From Tubulanus polymorphus (Eukaryota; Animalia; Nemertea): 64,000 nucleotides of DNA. The notes under the pieces are model-generated. The model did no database searches. It was not told the origin of the DNA and saw only the letters and a list, made by a program, of their open reading frames with translations. Shown piece after piece: positions 62,353 to 64,000 of this stretch. Within the stretch, counting starts at the first letter, position 1. The number at the start of each line of letters is the position of its first letter. A program made the position numbers and the translations under genes. Location of the stretch: positions 17,397,101 to 17,461,100 of the forward strand of contig NC_134025.1 in NCBI RefSeq assembly GCF_964204645.1, given 5' to 3'.

Positions 62353-63150
62353 TCAAAACTGGCCATCTAGGTTTTTTAATACCTTGATCTCTTCTTTACT
62401 CTGTGAGCTTTTTGGAGCCTGACTTTCCTTTACTAAGCAGAGATGATATGACGCTTGGTCCATGACTATAAGGGAAGGTTCCTCTAATGCTGGAATCAAT
62501 TGCTCCTCGAGCCATGTTTCGAATATGTCTCCTGAAAAGCACATAGAATATGATTAGTTTCGAAATTGATGATTGATGTAGGCTGAATCGATCAGCATTT
62601 TTCATACGACTATTAGAGAGTGATATTTTTGATGGGTATACTTTTTTGAGATATCAGTTGTCACACAATCAGAGCAATTTATGCTATGGAGGGGCTGGCT
62701 GCTCAAAGGTTGTTTTAAATCAATTTTTGAGCAACCGGCCCCTGGGCCCAGTTTCACAAAAGTTTCACAGTTTGAGTTTAACTCAAACTTCATGTTTTCA
62801 ACGAGGACAATAATTCAAACTTAACCAATAAGACCTTTACCAGATATTAACCACCAAAACTGACTGAGCTAGGCAATCTGATATGCTCTGAAGCCAAGTT
62901 GAAATAGACATTAATATGGATATTGAAAACAAAGACTTAATAATATTTACCATCCATTTGGTGATGATAATCTCCAGAACCATTTTTTGCTTCAAAAACC
63001 AGGTTTGCACCTGGCACAAAGCCATTTCGACTTCCTGCATCTAAAATGATTAGGCGTGCACCTTTACCATTTTGCTCTACTCGTCCGCAATCCTAACTTG
63101 GTGGATGGGAAAAGTTGGTCATTCCTTTTTCCCAATTTTCTGTCCATTCG
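62353..63150 (-). pseudogene. IS630/Tc1/mariner-superfamily transposase remnant
   Basis: GKGARLIILDAGSRNGFVPGANLVF...GDYHHQMDG, then FETWLEEQLIPALEEPSLIVMDQASYH. Confidence 0.7.
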
Positions 63151-63318
63151 CCTGTTGAAGATTATAGTGATTCCAGGTTTAAAAACAGGTAACATACAAT
63201 GTACTTTGTCTTAGCAGAGATAAGATGCATGTGAAAAATATGGGGAAAAAATTTCTGAAAACTTAATTTCTGTATGAAACTTTTTTTTCGAACATTTTTG
63301 CCTGGTAATTTCTTTATA

Positions 63319-63496
63319 CAGTCAACCCCGATATACCGCCCTCCCATTTACCGCCACCCCCGCCTTCTGCCAGGTTTTCTCAATGTAATGTCTCAATACC
63401 AATACATAGTAATACACCCCCGATACACCCCCTATATTCTCTATACCGTCAATATTGTTCTGCATCGATGTGGGCAGTATATCGTGGGGGTTGACT
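63319..63496. mobile_element. Tc1/pogo-type MITE
   Basis: TA|cagtcaaccccgatatac ... gtatatcgtggggttgactg|TA. Confidence 0.8.
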
Positions 63497-63544
63497 GTAG
63501 TTTTACTTGTAGGCTGTATATGTTCTTCTATCTGTGGGCTCTAA

Positions 63545-64000
63545 TGCTAAGTTATTCTACTATTCAACACCCCCTGGTGACCATATAGAATAACTAAGGC
63601 TAAAAAAATTGATACCTAGTTTCTCCGCTCTGCTGAGCTTAAATGTTGACCCGGCCGGCCGCATATCTACCCTATACATTACTTTTTTAAAAATTGTGAT
63701 CAATTTTACCATAACAGACCCGGCCGCTATAGAAATGAACTGTTGATAAATTTCATCATATTTTACAAAAATGACCCAGCCGCTGCGGAGAAACAAGGTA
63801 TCATTTTTGTTTAACCTAATGTCCTTAAAACTCACCAAAATCATGGAAGATGTCATGAGCTACAACTTTGTAATTGATTGTGGTAACAAAATATGCATAG
63901 GTACAAATATAATATAGAAATAATAAGTTATTGTATTATTCAACGCCCCCTGGTGGCCACATGCAAAAACCAATGACCTTGAAACTCACCAAAATCATAG
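63545..64000. repeat. HINE 154-bp repeat units, interrupted at ~63600-63815 and running off the window
   Basis: Matches the units at 11907-12500. Confidence 0.8.

Overview
Repeat-dense eukaryotic (probably invertebrate animal) genomic DNA, not prokaryotic: genes carry GT-AG introns and most short ORFs in the track are noise. The only clear host gene piece is coding exon 1 of Rab21 (2435-2584, minus), which the ORF track missed. The rest is nested mobile DNA: a Helitron 3' end, Helentron-type non-autonomous elements (HINEs) with 154-bp tandem repeats, piggyBac, MULE, hAT and Tc1/pogo derivatives, Penelope elements with hammerhead motifs, a LINE, two copies of a ~5.5-kb TIR element lacking a consistent TSD (one nested inside the other via the LINE), an IS3EU-like integrase plus HECT pair, a Kolobok (THAP transposase plus P2X7-like KolX) and a solo LTR. 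The most interesting object is two head-to-head, truncated copies of a very AT-rich, intronless Polinton/Maverick-like virus element (~35.2-43.4 kb minus; 48.5-55.2 kb plus). It has an rve+chromo integrase, an A32-like ATPase, an HNH nuclease, a penton-like remnant and several small membrane proteins. It also shows 184/404-bp terminal fold-backs, TAAATG starts on 11 of 13 genes, and a 27-nt GC-rich palindromic micro-insertion present twice in one copy only. All family assignments come from motif recognition, not database searches.
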